A stretch of 26,817 bases of DNA from Bugula neritina (lineage: Eukaryota; Animalia; Bryozoa): contig CAXIUT010000006.1 of the NCBI GenBank assembly GCA_964035545.1, forward strand, positions 1 through 26,817, in the 5' to 3' direction. Below, piece by piece: positions 24,582-26,817 of this stretch (positions are counted from its first letter, which is position 1; every line of letters begins with the position of its first letter). The position numbers were made by a program, and so were the translations under genes. The notes beneath the pieces were generated by a model that ran no database searches, was not told the DNA's origin, and saw only the letters and a program-made list of their open reading frames with translations.

Positions 24582-26497
24582 ATGTAAGGAAGTCAAGGCT
24601 AAAATCCAGAGAGTTGCATGGATGACAACAGTATAAGATATACCTAAATGCTTCGCTAAAACTCAAAATATGCTAATAAGAATAACCTTTTTGATTAATG
24701 TAGTGCTATTTTGAAAAAAATCATTTGATAGTAGATTTCCGACAGAACAAAAAACTCTTCAGAGATTGATTTAAAAAAGCTAAATATTGAAAGAACTATC
24801 AGAAAATCTAAGTTCATAGTTTATAAAAGGAATTTTTAGAAATGCTAAGATATAAAAAGTTGAAGAAAAGCAAGTGATAATCGAATAGGATCAGCCTCTA
24901 AATCACATGGTAATCATATTAGATGGTAAACTTGGAGTTGAGTTATCTAATTTTAATAATGATAATACCACAAAAGAAAACATAAAAGGCAAATAAGTAA
25001 TTAATATCTAGGAGTTAAAAACTAACTAGCTCTTTTAAAAATTAACTATTTTTGGTCAAAAAGAAAGATAGGCATAAAAAAAAATCTTTAAAACTTCAAA
25101 AGAAATCATCAATTCCAGTAAGTAATAATGAACTTTTTCTTCCAAGCCTTTCAACTGAAGATTATTCTAAATTTTTATAAAATATAGATAGAAATATCTT
25201 AGTAAACTAGATATATGGAGGGAAATAAAGGTTGAATTCAAAGGTGAGTCAAAATAGAGTAGTAGCTTTGTAGAGAACAACTCTTTTAGTAATATAAATG
25301 TCGTATTTATTTTATTGGTTAGAGTTAGCTTTTAAAACTAAATTATCTAAAAATATTAAATTGATGAAAACGATTCCATGTTTTGATGTTGTAATTAATA
25401 TTTTATATAGATTGAAGATACAAAATTGGCTTAAATTATTTTGAGTATGAAACAAATGAAAAGGAAAAGAAATGATGAAGTTTATCGTTAGGGGTAAAAT
25501 GCTGATAAATTATATATATTGATATCAGGAGAGATAAAACTTATAAAGAAAGCTAGTTTATTTCAATAAAATCCTAATGATTTATATATTGATAGAAGAA
25601 GGTTGGTTTCTGATATAAGAAAAGAAGAAAAGAAAGAAGAAAAATGTCAAATACATTGAATATTGAAGAAGATGTTCTTCCTTTTGCTAATCTGACTTCT
25701 CTTTATAACTATCGACCGTATAAAAAAGAGATATAAATAGGAGTTATCTCATCATTTGGATTATTTGGATAAGAATAAATAATATTTAAAACTATGAGAC
25801 AGACTTCAGCGATTGTTAATTGTTTTGAAGCTGTTTATTACTAGATAGATTAAAAGAAGATATTATAAATAATTGGTTCTAAAAATGTTAATAAATTTAA
25901 AAATAATTTATAAACTTCGATAAGTAAAAAAGTATTGTATCGTCAAAATTAATTTGCTGAACATATTGATGTTCAAAATAAAACTAATCTTGATTATTTT
26001 TATCTTGAATAAGGCAAACAAAAATAATCTCCTAGAAAGTTTAGGCTATAAAAACTAAATAAAAAAATGAATCCTATTAATAAAATGGCTGCTGTTAAAC
26101 AAATTGATCATGCCCCAGCATTTTATACAACTTTTAACTTCAATAAAATGTTGACTACAAGAAGATATTCAGCTTTTGATAATAATGATGAGGGTAAAAG
26201 GTCAACGAACTAGGAATCAAAGGAAAGTTTAGTAGATGCAGAACTAAACTAAAGATAATTGAAGATGGTGACTAATTCACATACTTGGGCTACAATTGAA
26301 AAGAAAGTAAAACAAGAAAGATTAACTAGCTTAAAGATATCTCCTGTTCAGCATAATATGTAAAAATATATATATTTAGAAATATCAAAGAGCCTTTAAT
26401 TGATCAAAAGTTTTTCAGAACTATGGCTAAATAATCACAAAGAATAAATAAGGCTATTAGAACTAATAGGGTATCTTTAGGAAAAAAAAGTAAATGA
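24582..26497 (+). CDS. Cyclic nucleotide-binding (cNMP) domain protein with two degenerate domains
   Basis: Motifs VIIEEDQPLNHMVIILDGKL, VYREGENADKLYILISGEIKL and LFGEEEIIFKTMRQTSAIV. Two 20-nt introns and several homopolymer frame breaks; TGA at 26495-26497. Confidence 0.82.
25391..25410 (+). other. 20-nt intron GTAATTAATATTTTATATAG
   Basis: Removal joins MKTIPCFDV/IEDTKLAEII to the cNMP domain in frame. Confidence 0.88.
26360..26379 (+). other. 20-nt intron GTAAAAATATATATATTTAG
   Basis: It matches the consensus, and removal extends the frame to the TGA at 26497. The unspliced frame stops at ~26401. Confidence 0.7.
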
Positions 26498-26729
26498 TTA
26501 TTTTCATTTATCCAAATATTTTATTCTTCTATTTTGATTTATTTTACTATTTTGTTAATTTTATTGATATTAGACATTTAATTTTGATCGAATTCTTAAA
26601 TTTGAGCAAATTTTGATTTATTTTTATCATCAAAATGATTTTAGTTTGATGATAATTCTCAATTAACTTCAACTAAAATGAATCTTTACAAGAATATCTC
26701 AAAATTACATTGATAGACAATTCATATTA

Positions 26730-26817
26730 GGGGTTGGGGTTGGGGTTGGGGTTGGGGGTTGGGGTTGGGGTTGGGGTTGGGGTTGGGGTTGGGGTTGGGG
26801 TTGGGGTTGGGGTTGGG
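26730..26817 (+). repeat. Right telomere, (TTGGGG)n
   Basis: T2G4 tandem repeat at the 3' end; one unit has G5. Confidence 0.99.

Noticed and set aside
2171-24720. About ten single-base frame breaks (e.g. 2171-2176, 2338-2342, 3579-3583, ~3681, ~5383, ~5736, ~8008, 13197-13204, ~23482, 24714-24720) read as programmed ribosomal frameshifting or pseudogenes. The 2171 site even reads AAA TAA, like the Euplotes +1 motif.
   Set aside because: They sit in or next to homopolymer runs, go in both +1 and -1 directions, and share no motif. TAA is a sense codon here, and the telomere itself has a G5 slip at 26754-26758. Long-read error is the simplest explanation; short-read polishing would decide.
1406-26497. 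Standard ciliate code (UAR=Gln), or a split code with UAA=Lys and UAG=Glu
   Set aside because: Both TAA (LSm5 VLEN, cNMP FGE, ABCC IAEFD) and TAG (zeta-COP DELID, ABCC IETD) map to conserved Glu, and conserved Gln sites use CAA.
1406-26497. UGA reassigned to Trp or Cys
   Set aside because: Conserved Trp uses TGG, and the internal TGAs I traced are explained by introns or nearby indels. TGA falls at the expected C-termini of zeta-COP, the ABCC, the S11 peptidase and the STPG protein.
1-26817. Bacterial or phage systems (CRISPR arrays, IS elements, operons), rRNA or tRNA genes, transposons
   Set aside because: None seen. Apart from the telomeres, repeats exist only at the protein level, and nearly all the sequence is accounted for by eukaryotic protein-coding genes.

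Overview
This window is a complete telomere-to-telomere ciliate macronuclear chromosome of 26.8 kb. It is very AT-rich and capped by (CCCCAA)n at 1-80 and (TTGGGG)n at 26730-26817. The supplied ORF track is misleading because the genes use a non-standard code. TAA and TAG are sense codons that fall at conserved glutamate positions (peritrich-type code, NCBI table 30), and every reconstructed gene ends in TGA. Read that way, the molecule holds about 15 tightly packed genes. Recognisable products are zeta-COP, an ABCC transporter, a SHIPPO/STPG-repeat protein, a Gemin2-like protein, a TRAFAC P-loop GTPase, LSm5, an intron-containing bacterial-type D-Ala-D-Ala carboxypeptidase (S11), a cNMP-binding protein and a ~1,780-aa coiled-coil repeat protein; the rest are hypotheticals. 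All 15 introns I could place by hand are exactly 20 nt, start GTA, end AG and carry an A at position 15 (6 nt from the 3' end). About ten single-base frame breaks sit in homopolymer runs in both directions and look like long-read errors. All gene models and family calls were made by eye, without database searches.
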